Virus record (IMG/VR): IMGVR_UViG_3300009012_000003
Span: 1 to 44,857 of that record
Reading direction: 5' to 3' (one strand)
Length of the DNA: 44,857 nucleotides
Source: a virus
The notes beneath the pieces are model-generated. The model was not told the DNA's origin, searched no databases, and saw nothing but the letters and a program-made list of their open reading frames with translations. Positions 32,520 to 41,613 of the stretch are shown here, one piece after another (position 1 is the stretch's first letter; every line of letters begins with the position of its first letter). A program made the translations under genes and the position numbers.

Positions 32520-32730
32520 CGCGCACACGCTGCGCACATACGAACCGGGGCCGCGAGCGGGGGACACCGCCATGCTACCCGACGACCTGAGTGACGCAGA
32601 CGCACTCGATTTCGTGGGCGCCCACGCGCGCGAGCTAGAGCGCCTGGACGAGCTGCTGGCGCAGCTGCTGCGCGCCCAGCAGCAGCTCAGCGCCATGACT
32701 GCCAGCGCCAGCGCGAGCGCCCAGTCATGA
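32509..32730 (+). CDS. Small coiled-coil protein
   Basis: GTG 32509 with GAGGA 5 nt upstream (alternative ATG 32572). The stop overlaps the next ATG (ATGA). Confidence 0.45.
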   Translation: MAADAHTLRTYEPGPRAGDTAMLPDDLSDADALDFVGAHARELERLDELLAQLLRAQQQLSAMTASASASAQS

Positions 32731-34067
32731 GCCGCGACTACAAGGGCGTGATCTTCCATCGCATCGAAGACACGCCCACGCGCGAAGCTATCGCCGTGAT
32801 TGACGACTTCCTGCGCCAGATCGGCGCCACCGTCAACCGCGTGGCGCAGAACCTGCAGCCCGACGCCAGCGGTAGCGTGATTGTGGTGCCGTTTGACCAA
32901 AGCGTGCTCGCGAATTACGTGTACATGCCGGGGCGCACCGCCGACCAGATCGTCAATGCGCTCGGCCCTGGCAATGTGGCACTCACGATCAACTCCGCGC
33001 CGGGCGCCACCGCAGACATCCTACGCGTCCAGAACAGTGGTACCAACTTCATGAAGATGGACCACTTTGGCGTGACCACGTTCACGAGCAACTCCAGCTC
33101 CGACAACGTCAAGGTGATCGGGACGCTGCGCGTCGGACTGGACGGCACGAGCGGCATTTGCGCCATCTCGGGTGGCGCCGCTGACCTGTTCATCGACTGC
33201 ACCAACACCAGCGCCGTAACGCGCACGCAGTTCTTGGGCACCGCCAACTATGCGTGGCAATTCCAGGGGACGGCGCGCGTGGGACCGCGCGGTGGTGACA
33301 GCATCAACAACATCATGCTCACACTGGCGCAGGACGCCGGCCACACTGGCGACATGCTACGCATACTGGACGGCAGCAGCAACGTGCTCGCGCGCATCAC
33401 CAGCGCCGGTTACTACGAAACGCAGCGCCTGCTGCTCGATGGCAGCACGAGCGGCACCATCACGGTGAAGCCGCCCGCCGCGCCGACCACCCACACCCTG
33501 ACACTCCCCGGCGCCCCCGTTGCCGGCAACTTCCTTCAGACGGATGGCTCGGGTGTCACGTCGTGGACCGCCGCCCCGACCAGCATCAGCGTAGACAAGA
33601 ACGGCACGCTCGTGGGCACGCGCGGCACGCTCAACCTGATCGAAGGCACGAACGTCACGCTCACGATGGCCGACAACGCCGGTGCCGGGCGCGTGGACGT
33701 GACGATCGCCAGTAGCGGCGGGGGCGGCAGCGGCACCAACGTGCAGCACCGCTGGGAAGCCAACGGTCCGTTCAAGATCGACACGAGCGTAGACGGCACC
33801 TACGTGGCGCCACACGCGGTCACGATTACCCAGACGCGTCTGCACCGGCGCGCCGCGGGCTCCAGCGGCACCACCACGGTTGTGCTCAAGCAGAACGGTG
33901 TTACACAGGATACGCGCAACGTGACTGCCGCCGCCGGCACGGACGCCATTGACACCTCGGGGGCGCTCAGCGTTAGCGTCGCAGCCGGAGACCGGCTGAC
34001 CGTGGACGCAACCGCCGTGGAAGCCGGCGTACCGCTGGATTACGACTTCATCATCGAGGCAGCCTGA
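32727..34067 (+). CDS. Tail fibre / spike-like protein
   Basis: 446 aa, Gly/Thr/Ser/Asn-rich and beta-type composition. Located in the tail module. Confidence 0.5.
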   Translation: MSRDYKGVIFHRIEDTPTREAIAVIDDFLRQIGATVNRVAQNLQPDASGSVIVVPFDQSVLANYVYMPGRTADQIVNALGPGNVALTINSAPGATADILRVQNSGTNFMKMDHFGVTTFTSNSSSDNVKVIGTLRVGLDGTSGICAISGGAADLFIDCTNTSAVTRTQFLGTANYAWQFQGTARVGPRGGDSINNIMLTLAQDAGHTGDMLRILDGSSNVLARITSAGYYETQRLLLDGSTSGTITVKPPAAPTTHTLTLPGAPVAGNFLQTDGSGVTSWTAAPTSISVDKNGTLVGTRGTLNLIEGTNVTLTMADNAGAGRVDVTIASSGGGGSGTNVQHRWEANGPFKIDTSVDGTYVAPHAVTITQTRLHRRAAGSSGTTTVVLKQNGVTQDTRNVTAAAGTDAIDTSGALSVSVAAGDRLTVDATAVEAGVPLDYDFIIEAA

Positions 34068-35434
34068 TGGCGACATACACAAGTCAGTACGCTGACGGCA
34101 CCAGCAACGCCGGGGCGCTGGGCAACCTGGCGCTGGGCGACGACGGTACCAACCTGCAGTCACTGCTCGTGTCGAGCGCCGGCAGGCTCAGCATCGACGT
34201 GAACAGCGGGACAGTGACCGTCACGCAGGCCACCGGCACCAACCTGCACGCTGTGCTGGACGCGCTCACGCCCGGTGTGGCCGCGGCAAACCTGGGTAAG
34301 CAGCACGACGTAGCTGCCGCTGCCGCCGACGTGGGCATCGCCGCCCTGGGCATTCGCAACGACGCGCTCAGCAGCACGATCAACAACACGAACTTGGCGT
34401 ACGGGTCGTTCGCAGTGGACGCCGCGGGCCGCGTCTGGATTGCCGGCAGCGCGCTCGACAACACGAGCTGGACCCAGGGCTCGTCGCGCGACGTGATCAT
34501 CGCAGGCGTGTTCGACGACACGGCGCCTGTCATCGCACTCGAAGACAAAATCAGCACCTTCCGCATCAGCAGCCGGCGCGAGCTGTACACGCAGCTGCGT
34601 GACGCCGCCGGCGGCGAGCGCGGCGCCAACGTGACCGCCGCCAACGAGCTGCTGGTCAACGTGAATGGCGGCACGGTAGCAGTTACCCAGGGCACCGGCA
34701 CTGCACTGCACGCTGTCATCGACGCACTCGTGCCTGGTGTTAACACGACAAGCTTGGGCAAAGCGGTGCAGACCGGGCTCTACGCAAGTGGTGACACCGG
34801 CGTACTGGCGCTCGCGGTGCGCAACGACGCGCTCGCGACGATCAACTCGACCAACTTGAACTATGGTGCGCTGGCGGTCGATGCCGCCGGGCGTATCGCC
34901 GTGACCGCGAGCCAGTTCGACGACGCGGTGTTCACGCCCGAGGTGTCCGGTCTGACGGTCGTGGGTGGCGTGGCGTTCGAGACCGCGCCCGACATGGTGG
35001 GCGAGAGCGACGCCGGGGCGCTGCGCATGTCGCGCCGCCGCGAGCTGTACACGCGCAGCGAGGTGATCGAAACGCTGCTCAAGAACTTGAACGACATGAT
35101 CGAGCTATCATCGCTACCGTTCGCAGCGCAAGACATCAAGAACATGCTGCTCGGGCTCTCGATTACGACCAGCGTGGTGACGACCACGATCCCAGCGCAG
35201 AGCGTCAACATCACGCTGCTGCGCCCCAACGCGAGCCGCCGCACCGCGAGCATCGTCAACGACTCGACTGGCACGCTCTACGTCAAGTGCGGCGCCGGCG
35301 CTACCACCACGAGCTACACCGTCAAGATGCCCATCGGCAGTTACTTCGAGTTACCGCAGCCACCGTGGATTGGACAAGTCGATGCGCTGGGCACCACCAC
35401 CGTGGGCAACTACCTCGTCACCGAATACGCCTAG
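34067..35434 (+). CDS. Tail fibre-like protein with an internal ~137-aa tandem duplication
   Basis: aa 40-176 and aa 194-330 align throughout (VNSGTVTVTQATGTNLHAVLDAL vs VNGGTVAVTQGTGTALHAVIDAL ... SRRELYT vs RRRELYT). Confidence 0.55.
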   Translation: MATYTSQYADGTSNAGALGNLALGDDGTNLQSLLVSSAGRLSIDVNSGTVTVTQATGTNLHAVLDALTPGVAAANLGKQHDVAAAAADVGIAALGIRNDALSSTINNTNLAYGSFAVDAAGRVWIAGSALDNTSWTQGSSRDVIIAGVFDDTAPVIALEDKISTFRISSRRELYTQLRDAAGGERGANVTAANELLVNVNGGTVAVTQGTGTALHAVIDALVPGVNTTSLGKAVQTGLYASGDTGVLALAVRNDALATINSTNLNYGALAVDAAGRIAVTASQFDDAVFTPEVSGLTVVGGVAFETAPDMVGESDAGALRMSRRRELYTRSEVIETLLKNLNDMIELSSLPFAAQDIKNMLLGLSITTSVVTTTIPAQSVNITLLRPNASRRTASIVNDSTGTLYVKCGAGATTTSYTVKMPIGSYFELPQPPWIGQVDALGTTTVGNYLVTEYA

Positions 35435-35443
35435 GGGGCGCGC

Positions 35444-36055
35444 ATGATCCTAGAGGGCAGAGTTGGTCCCGCGACGCTGCAGGACGGTGTGCTGCGCGAG
35501 ATCCGCATTGGCCGGAGTGGTGAGCAGGTCGTAGCCGATGCGCACGGCCGCTATCACGAAGCCGTGGTCAGGGGCAACGTCTTCATCGCCGCCAACAGCG
35601 CCACGCAGGCGTTGTCGGTCAACAGTACGACGGCGACCGGGCTCATCCTCTACAACCCCGCGGGCTCGGGCCGCAACGTTGCGCTGCTGGACGCGAGCGT
35701 CCAGATCGCATCGCTCCCCGCCGCCGCCTATCAGCTCGTGTGGACGGGCGGCGTGCAGACCGCGGCGCCCACTGGGCTGACGGCACTCACGGTACGCAAC
35801 GGCTTCATAGGCGGTGCAGCGACTGGCGTGGGGCTGGCCTACTCGGCCGCCACCATCGCCACCGCCAACATTTTGCGCGTCATCCCCGGCGGCGGTGCGG
35901 CGACGATGGCGACATCGACGGCCTACACGCCCTTCATCCGCGACGAAATCTCGGGGTTGCTCATCCTCGCACCGGGCCAGCTCATCTCGCTCCAGGCGCT
36001 CACCACCGCCGTCACCGTGCTCGCGTCGATCACCTGGGAAGAGGTCCCGGTCTAA
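35444..36055 (+). CDS. Hypothetical tail-module protein (203 aa)
   Basis: GGGGG SD before ATG 35444. Confidence 0.5.
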   Translation: MILEGRVGPATLQDGVLREIRIGRSGEQVVADAHGRYHEAVVRGNVFIAANSATQALSVNSTTATGLILYNPAGSGRNVALLDASVQIASLPAAAYQLVWTGGVQTAAPTGLTALTVRNGFIGGAATGVGLAYSAATIATANILRVIPGGGAATMATSTAYTPFIRDEISGLLILAPGQLISLQALTTAVTVLASITWEEVPV

Positions 36056-36912
36056 TGCCGCTCATCCGCGATCTGCCCTCCGAGAGCAACACCTACACCG
36101 GGAGCAACATCTTCCTGGGCGGTCAGACGCAGCTCAACACTACCCAGATCAATGGCCAAGCGCAGTTTGGTAATAGCATTGACGATGAGCCCATACCACA
36201 ATTCCAGACTCGCTTTAGCACCGGTACTGGTGGCAACGACTTCCTCAAGATCGCTGACGCCTCCAGCGTCGGCAGCGGTCATGTAATGACGCTCGGCTTA
36301 GCCGGACTCATGCCCGGCGACATCCGCCTATCGCTGCCAACTGACGCCACCGGAGCGCTGATGTCGAATACCAACACGGCCGCCATGACCAACAAGACCC
36401 TTGGCGCGCCCGGCGGTATCCGCTGCTCCACCTCCACTGGCACCGGCGTCAAGTTCCAGAACGTCAACAGCATCACTCAGTTCGCGATGCTCGACCTCTC
36501 GACGCTGACGGCGCAGCGCAACTGGAAGGGCCAGGACGACGCAGCGACAATGCCGCTCGTGGTGGCGCCCACGAGTGCCACCACCGACAAGACTGCGCAG
36601 ACCGCAAGCATCGGCGCTACCACCGTCTACACAACCACGCACACCGGCATGTACCGCATGTCGGGCTACGCGGTATTCACAGCTGTCACCACTCCTGGCA
36701 ACCTAACGCTAACCGCCAAGTACACCGACCCGCAGCAGGCGCAAACGATCAACTTCAACCGCAACAACGTGGTCGCCTATACCGCCGCGGGCTCCGAGGA
36801 AGATGGCGAGATCACCTTTTACGCGACGAGCGGCAGCGTGATCCAGTTCTCGACGACGCTAACGGGCGTTGGCACCTACAACGTCTACATCCGCGTGGAG
36901 GGGCTGTCATGA
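36055..36912 (+). CDS. Tail fibre-like protein (285 aa)
   Basis: ATG 36055 overlaps the upstream TAA (TAATG). Thr/Gly/Asn-rich. Confidence 0.5.
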   Translation: MPLIRDLPSESNTYTGSNIFLGGQTQLNTTQINGQAQFGNSIDDEPIPQFQTRFSTGTGGNDFLKIADASSVGSGHVMTLGLAGLMPGDIRLSLPTDATGALMSNTNTAAMTNKTLGAPGGIRCSTSTGTGVKFQNVNSITQFAMLDLSTLTAQRNWKGQDDAATMPLVVAPTSATTDKTAQTASIGATTVYTTTHTGMYRMSGYAVFTAVTTPGNLTLTAKYTDPQQAQTINFNRNNVVAYTAAGSEEDGEITFYATSGSVIQFSTTLTGVGTYNVYIRVEGLS

Positions 36913-37106
36913 GTGTCGCTGTCGCGCGCATCGACCGCAGCGTCACAAACGGTCCCGTGATCTACACCTTCCGCGTGGACGACGTAGTGCAGAAGTCCGA
37001 GATCGGCATCGCCACGCTCAACGCCGCCATCGACCTGATCAAACCCCAGATCGCGGCGGTGCCGGGCACGGTCCAGAGCGCAACGATCACGGTGACGATA
37101 ACGTGA
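36909..37106 (+). CDS. Hypothetical small protein (65 aa)
   Basis: ATGA overlap with the upstream gene. Confidence 0.5.
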   Translation: MSVAVARIDRSVTNGPVIYTFRVDDVVQKSEIGIATLNAAIDLIKPQIAAVPGTVQSATITVTIT

Positions 37107-37113
37107 GGTACGC

Positions 37114-37323
37114 ATGAACCTTGTTGCGATTCAACAGCGGATTCGGCGCCAAGCAACAGGTTGCTGGGAATGGATGGGTACGCGGCAAAAATCTGGCTAT
37201 GGCGTAATTATGCAACGCATTGACGGTTGGGCCAAGTCTAGTTATCTAGTCGCTAAGCGATACGGTGTAACGTCCGAAGTCATTCGCAGTATATGGCACG
37301 GGCGGCACCGTAAACGCGGATAG
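37114..37323 (+). CDS. Degenerate HNH-type homing-endonuclease remnant (69 aa, catalytic core missing)
   Basis: The GCWEWMGTRQKSGYGVI signature of HNH_3-type phage endonucleases is present, but no AHR / DH..C..C.NP.HL core. About 52% G+C (counted) against about 66% in the flanks. Confidence 0.5.
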   Translation: MNLVAIQQRIRRQATGCWEWMGTRQKSGYGVIMQRIDGWAKSSYLVAKRYGVTSEVIRSIWHGRHRKRG

Positions 37324-37441
37324 GAGGTGGATCATCAATCCCCTGCTGCTGGCGAGCCTGTTCGACCTGGGCGGCGGACTGCTGGGCGGACTGCTGGGAC
37401 GCAGTCAGCAGTCTGCGCAAGAGCGCTATCGCCGCCAGCTA

Positions 37442-37909
37442 ATGGCGCTGTTCGCACCCCAGAACGTGCTGAACACGACGAACCAGTTCTATGGTCAGTT
37501 CCTGCAGTCCCCCGCCTACGCCCAGGCGCTGCAGCACGCCTACACTGGCGGCAACGCGCTCCAGAACACGCTAGCCGCATCGCTGGGTGCGCGCGGGCTC
37601 GGCTCAACCGGCATCGGAGCAATCGCGCCAGGCTTGGCGACAAGTGCTGCCAGCGGGATGGCCGGCCAAGTGCGCACCCAGGGCTACGATCAAGCGCAGC
37701 ACGCCGCATTCGAGTCGCTGCTGGGGCAGCTGCACGGCCTGAGCGCTGCCGGACCGCCACCGCAGAGCGCGTTCGCGCAGGGCATCGGCGGTGGCATCCA
37801 GGACTTCAGCCAGTTCCTCGGTAACTACCTGCTGCCGCGCGGCGGGCAGCCGAGCATGCCGTACGGTCCAACCACGGGCTACCCGCCCTACAGTGGATAC
37901 CCGCGCTGA
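37442..37909 (+). CDS. Internal-virion-like Gly/Ala/Gln-rich protein; coding signal extends upstream to 37328
   Basis: First ATG is at 37442. The same frame is open and protein-like from 37328 (WIINPLLLASLFDLGGGLLGGLLGR...), with GGAGG at 37323-37327. Confidence 0.55.
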   Translation: MALFAPQNVLNTTNQFYGQFLQSPAYAQALQHAYTGGNALQNTLAASLGARGLGSTGIGAIAPGLATSAASGMAGQVRTQGYDQAQHAAFESLLGQLHGLSAAGPPPQSAFAQGIGGGIQDFSQFLGNYLLPRGGQPSMPYGPTTGYPPYSGYPR

Positions 37910-39246
37910 TGAGCGTCGCAGACCCCAGCAACTACACGCTGTTCGGCCAGCCTGGCGGGCTCACGGGACCACCCACGGCGCCGCCTACCGATCCCGGCAT
38001 GGACGTGCTCGCAGCGCAGGCCGCAGCGGCGTCGCAGGCCGCCCAGGCGCAAGCCGCACAGTCCGGCAGCGCCTACCAGGCCGCAACGCTCGCGCCGCCC
38101 AATAACCTATTTGCGCTGCACCCGCTCGCGATTGCGGCGATGCAGGGCCTGTCGCGCGTGGCCCAGGGGCTGGGCCAGCGCGCGGCCCCCGAAGACACGC
38201 AGCGCGCCCTCACCGAGCACCAGCAGCAGCTGATGGTGCGGCGCTTGCAAAACTTGCAAGCACTCCACGACGTGTACGAGCAGCAAGCCACGCGCGCGAG
38301 CAAGCTCGCTGACACCGAGACCGAGATGAAGTATCGCGCGCTGAGCGAGCGCACCGCGGCAATGCGCGCCAAGCTGCACGACGAGATCACGCAAGAGATT
38401 GCACTGCACGCGCAGCAGGGCGAGACTGAGCGCGCACGGCTAGGGCGCCAATCTGCGCAGGACATCGCTACCGCCCACGACCGGACGCTGCTCGCAATCG
38501 AAGGCATGAAAGCCGCCCAGAGCCCACTTGCGCTGCTCATGCACATGAACTCACCACAGCTTGCCAAGCCGGGCGAAGTTCCGCAGCCGCTCGTGGGCTA
38601 CGCTGAGAAGACCGACACCGGTACCGTATGGATCGACAAGACGCGCCTGCCTGCGGGCGACACCGGCAACGTACTCAACGTGCTGGCCTCACAGCAGCCC
38701 AACAAGGAGCGCAGCGGATACCCCGTGCTGGATGCGCAAGACGCCCAAGCCGTGCGTCAAATCAGCAGTACGCGCGCCAACTTGCGCAACATGCTCAACG
38801 TGTTGGCGAGCATTGCGCCTGCCGATGCAATCCGCCGCGCCGCTGGCGCTCCACAGCGCGCCTTCAGCACCTTTCTTCAGACCGACGACCAGCGCGTGGC
38901 GTTCAAAGCATGGGGCATCAATGCGCTCAAGCTCTTGCGCGCAGCCGGCCCCGGCGGCCTGCGCATCACGCAGCAGGAATACAACCGCGCCCTGGGCCAG
39001 CAACCCACTGCCAACGACACGTGGGGCACGATCATGCGCAAGTATACGAACTTGTCGCACTTGCTGGACAACAGCGAGCGCTCGGCGCTGGGCCTGCCCT
39101 ACAGCGCCAAAGCCCAGCCGTTCACGATCTTGGTGCGTGACATGCTCGAACCGCAGCGTGCGCCCATCCCGATCCCGGTCCAGTACCTGCAGCGCTCGCT
39201 GGCCGACAAGACACACCAGTTCGTGATCGAGCCGGTGCAGGAGTAG
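37909..39246 (+). CDS. Internal virion / ejection-type protein (445 aa, long coiled coil)
   Basis: TGATG overlap. Ala/Gln-rich helical composition. Assignment is by position. Confidence 0.45.
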   Translation: MSVADPSNYTLFGQPGGLTGPPTAPPTDPGMDVLAAQAAAASQAAQAQAAQSGSAYQAATLAPPNNLFALHPLAIAAMQGLSRVAQGLGQRAAPEDTQRALTEHQQQLMVRRLQNLQALHDVYEQQATRASKLADTETEMKYRALSERTAAMRAKLHDEITQEIALHAQQGETERARLGRQSAQDIATAHDRTLLAIEGMKAAQSPLALLMHMNSPQLAKPGEVPQPLVGYAEKTDTGTVWIDKTRLPAGDTGNVLNVLASQQPNKERSGYPVLDAQDAQAVRQISSTRANLRNMLNVLASIAPADAIRRAAGAPQRAFSTFLQTDDQRVAFKAWGINALKLLRAAGPGGLRITQQEYNRALGQQPTANDTWGTIMRKYTNLSHLLDNSERSALGLPYSAKAQPFTILVRDMLEPQRAPIPIPVQYLQRSLADKTHQFVIEPVQE

Positions 39247-39252
39247 CACGCC

Positions 39253-40368
39253 ATGCCTGACTTCTGGGACCAGTTTCGCACTGACCTCTCGCCCGCCGAC
39301 ACGACCGCACTGCGCCAGTCGCGCACACTCGCGGCACCACCCGAGCCACCACCCGCAGCGCCCGGCTGGATGGCGGCGGCACCCCAAGCCGCTGGCTTCG
39401 CTGCCACGCTGGGCGGACCCTCGATGGCGGGACTCGCGGGCGCCGGCACCGAAGCCATTGCGCAGGTGCTGGGTGGGCTGGGCGAAGCCCAGCAGCTGGG
39501 CGCATTCCCGGGCCACGGGCTCGAAGGGCTGCGCAGTTACGCAGCGGGGTCACCCGCCGAGGCGCTCGGGCGCATCGCGCGCACCGGTGGGCAGCAGGCA
39601 GCTTACGCAGCGCTGCCAGCGATGCGCCTCGCTAACCCGCTTGCGCGCTTCGCCGGACCCGCGGTGCTGCCGAGCGCCGAGCAGGCGCTGGCGCGCGGCG
39701 CCGGTTTCGTGGCCCAGCCGCTGCGCACCCTGATGCGCGCGGGCGGACGCCAGGTGCGCGCCACACTCGCAGCTGCCGAAGCCGCAGGCAAGCGCTTCTT
39801 TATTCCCGGTAGCGACGGCCTGATCGCGCAGCTCCCCTCGGCCGCCGACCGTGCCTACTACACGAAAGCGCTCGCCGAAGCCGGTGGCGAATGGACACCC
39901 ACGCTGTTGCACGAGCTGCGCCAGGGCGCTGACGCCCTGGCCCAACGCGTGTACGCCGATCTCAAGCGCGGCCTCCCGTGGTCCAAGATCCGCGCCACCG
40001 AGCCCGCCGAGGCGATCGACGCTTACAAGCGCAGCGAACTGGCGCGCACCCTGCTCACGACCGAAGTGCCCGGTTACGCCGCCGCGCAAGTGCCCGTCGC
40101 CAAAGCGGCGCGCTTCCAGGCTGCGCTGGGCTCGCCCGCCGCCCGCGCCCTGGGTCGCGCCACGCAGTACGGTGCCACGGGCGCTGGCGCCATCGCTGGC
40201 TACCACGCAGGCCAGTGGGCGGGCGGTTTCGGCGGTGCTGCCGCGGCGCGCGCCCTGATGGACCCCCACCTCTGGTCCGGCGCCGCCCAGCTGTTCGAAA
40301 ACCCTGTCCTAGCGCGACTTGCGCTCCAGACTGGATTGCGCACCGCGGGCGCCGCATACTCGCCCTAG
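39253..40368 (+). CDS. Internal virion-type Ala/Gly-rich protein (371 aa)
   Basis: ORF track. Assignment is by position and composition. Confidence 0.45.
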   Translation: MPDFWDQFRTDLSPADTTALRQSRTLAAPPEPPPAAPGWMAAAPQAAGFAATLGGPSMAGLAGAGTEAIAQVLGGLGEAQQLGAFPGHGLEGLRSYAAGSPAEALGRIARTGGQQAAYAALPAMRLANPLARFAGPAVLPSAEQALARGAGFVAQPLRTLMRAGGRQVRATLAAAEAAGKRFFIPGSDGLIAQLPSAADRAYYTKALAEAGGEWTPTLLHELRQGADALAQRVYADLKRGLPWSKIRATEPAEAIDAYKRSELARTLLTTEVPGYAAAQVPVAKAARFQAALGSPAARALGRATQYGATGAGAIAGYHAGQWAGGFGGAAAARALMDPHLWSGAAQLFENPVLARLALQTGLRTAGAAYSP

Positions 40369-40399
40369 CGCACGCCCGGCCGTGCCGCGGAGGTACCCC

Positions 40400-40753
40400 A
40401 TGGACGCAATCTTCGGCTTCCTGAACAACCCGCTCGTCCTGAGCACACTCACGATCGGCTTCGGCTTGCTCGTGACCTACCACCCCAAGGCGCGCAACGT
40501 GCCCAACGCACTCATCACCTACCTGAACGCAGTCCTCGCGTTCATGATCAAGCTCACGTCGCCCACGCCTGCCGCCGCGGCCGAGCTGCACGTGCTCGCG
40601 TTCCCGCTCGCAGCGGTCGGCACGGGCGTGCTGGGGCTCGTGACCAGCTCGCTATGGCAAGCGCTCCAGAGCTATCTCGTGTTCAAGGGCTTCCTGCACG
40701 ACCCGCTCGAACAGGGGCTGGGCTGGCGCAAGCCCGAGCCGGTACGCCCATGA
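40400..40753 (+). CDS. Membrane protein with about three hydrophobic helices (holin-like candidate)
   Basis: GGAGG SD before ATG 40400. Hydrophobic helices PLVLSTLTIGFGLLVTY, ALITYLNAVLAFMI, LAFPLAAVGTGVLGLVTSSLW. Confidence 0.5.
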   Translation: MDAIFGFLNNPLVLSTLTIGFGLLVTYHPKARNVPNALITYLNAVLAFMIKLTSPTPAAAAELHVLAFPLAAVGTGVLGLVTSSLWQALQSYLVFKGFLHDPLEQGLGWRKPEPVRP

Positions 40754-40989
40754 GGCTGCTCCCGAGCGTGGTGCGCACGATCCGCGGTCGCTACCTCAAG
40801 CACTTCAAGTCGCTGGATACGCGCTTCGCGCCCAATGACGACGGCTCACTTACGCAGTCACTACCGCCGGCAACCGAGCGCAGCGCTGTGACGCTGCGCC
40901 GCGCGCCCGCACGCCCGTCCACTCCCACCGGCGCTGAGCGCCGACCGAGCCTGAAGGAGGTACCCCAGCGTGGCATCCGCCCGCAGTAA
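40750..40989 (+). CDS. Hypothetical basic protein (79 aa)
   Basis: ATGA overlap with the upstream gene. Confidence 0.45.
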   Translation: MRLLPSVVRTIRGRYLKHFKSLDTRFAPNDDGSLTQSLPPATERSAVTLRRAPARPSTPTGAERRPSLKEVPQRGIRPQ

Positions 40990-41140
40990 GCCCACTGCCG
41001 CACGCGCCGCTCGCGCCAAGGCCGCCCGCGAGGGCGAAACCGTGGCCCAAGACCGGGGCGACACGCCAGCCCAGGATCGCGCCGAGCGCACAGCGTTCCT
41101 GCGCAAGCGCAAGAAGGGAGCACGCTATGGCGCGCAGTAA
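40970..41140 (+). CDS. Small basic protein 1 of 3 (56 aa, not in ORF track)
   Basis: GTG 40970 with GAAGGAGG 9 nt upstream. Hand translation begins (M)ASARSKPTAARAARAK and ends at TAA 41138-41140. Confidence 0.45.
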   Translation: MASARSKPTAARAARAKAAREGETVAQDRGDTPAQDRAERTAFLRKRKKGARYGAQ

Positions 41141-41333
41141 GCCCAGCAACGCCGCTGGCAAGCGCAAGTGGATCAGCGGCGCCATCAAGCACCCTGGTGC
41201 GCTGCACGCTGAACTCGGCGTGCCCGAGGGCGAGAAGATTCCCGCCGGTAAGCTCGCCCACGCTGCGAAGGCGGGCGGCAAACTGGGCAAGCGCGCACGC
41301 TTAGCCGAAACGCTCAAGAAGTTCCACCACTAG
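41127..41333 (+). CDS. Small basic protein 2 of 3 (68 aa)
   Basis: GGGAG SD. MARSKPSNAAGKRKW...HPGALHAELGVPEGEKIPAGKL...KRARLAETLKKF. Confidence 0.6.
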   Translation: MARSKPSNAAGKRKWISGAIKHPGALHAELGVPEGEKIPAGKLAHAAKAGGKLGKRARLAETLKKFHH

Positions 41334-41349
41334 CTCCAGGGAGGCCACC

Positions 41350-41565
41350 ATGGCCCGCACCAAGCCCAGCGCCGTAGCCGCCGTCCGCAACAAGTCGCGC
41401 ATGACCGCCGAGAACAACTACGAAGCCCCAATCCCTGCGGTCCAGCCGCACATGTCCGACCCCGGCTCCAAGCCGGGCGTGATCAAGGGCGGCACCGGCA
41501 GCGGTGGCAAACTGCAGGGACTCAAGCCCGCGAGCCGCGCTGGCGCAGGCGGCAGGCCCGCTTGA
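41350..41565 (+). CDS. Small basic protein 3 of 3 (71 aa)
   Basis: GGGAGG SD. Begins MARTKPSAVAAVRNK. Confidence 0.55.
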   Translation: MARTKPSAVAAVRNKSRMTAENNYEAPIPAVQPHMSDPGSKPGVIKGGTGSGGKLQGLKPASRAGAGGRPA

Positions 41566-41613
41566 CGTCATGAACTGGTCGCACGCATCAACCATTGCCG
41601 CTGGGGGACACCC

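Noticed and set aside
41127-41565. MARTKPS / MARSKPS N-termini resemble the histone H3 tail (MARTKQT) and the ARSK histone mimic of influenza NS1
   Set aside because: The similarity is 5-6 residues of a basic low-complexity motif in a bacteriophage context with no eukaryotic signal. It is almost certainly coincidental and is recorded only as a curiosity.
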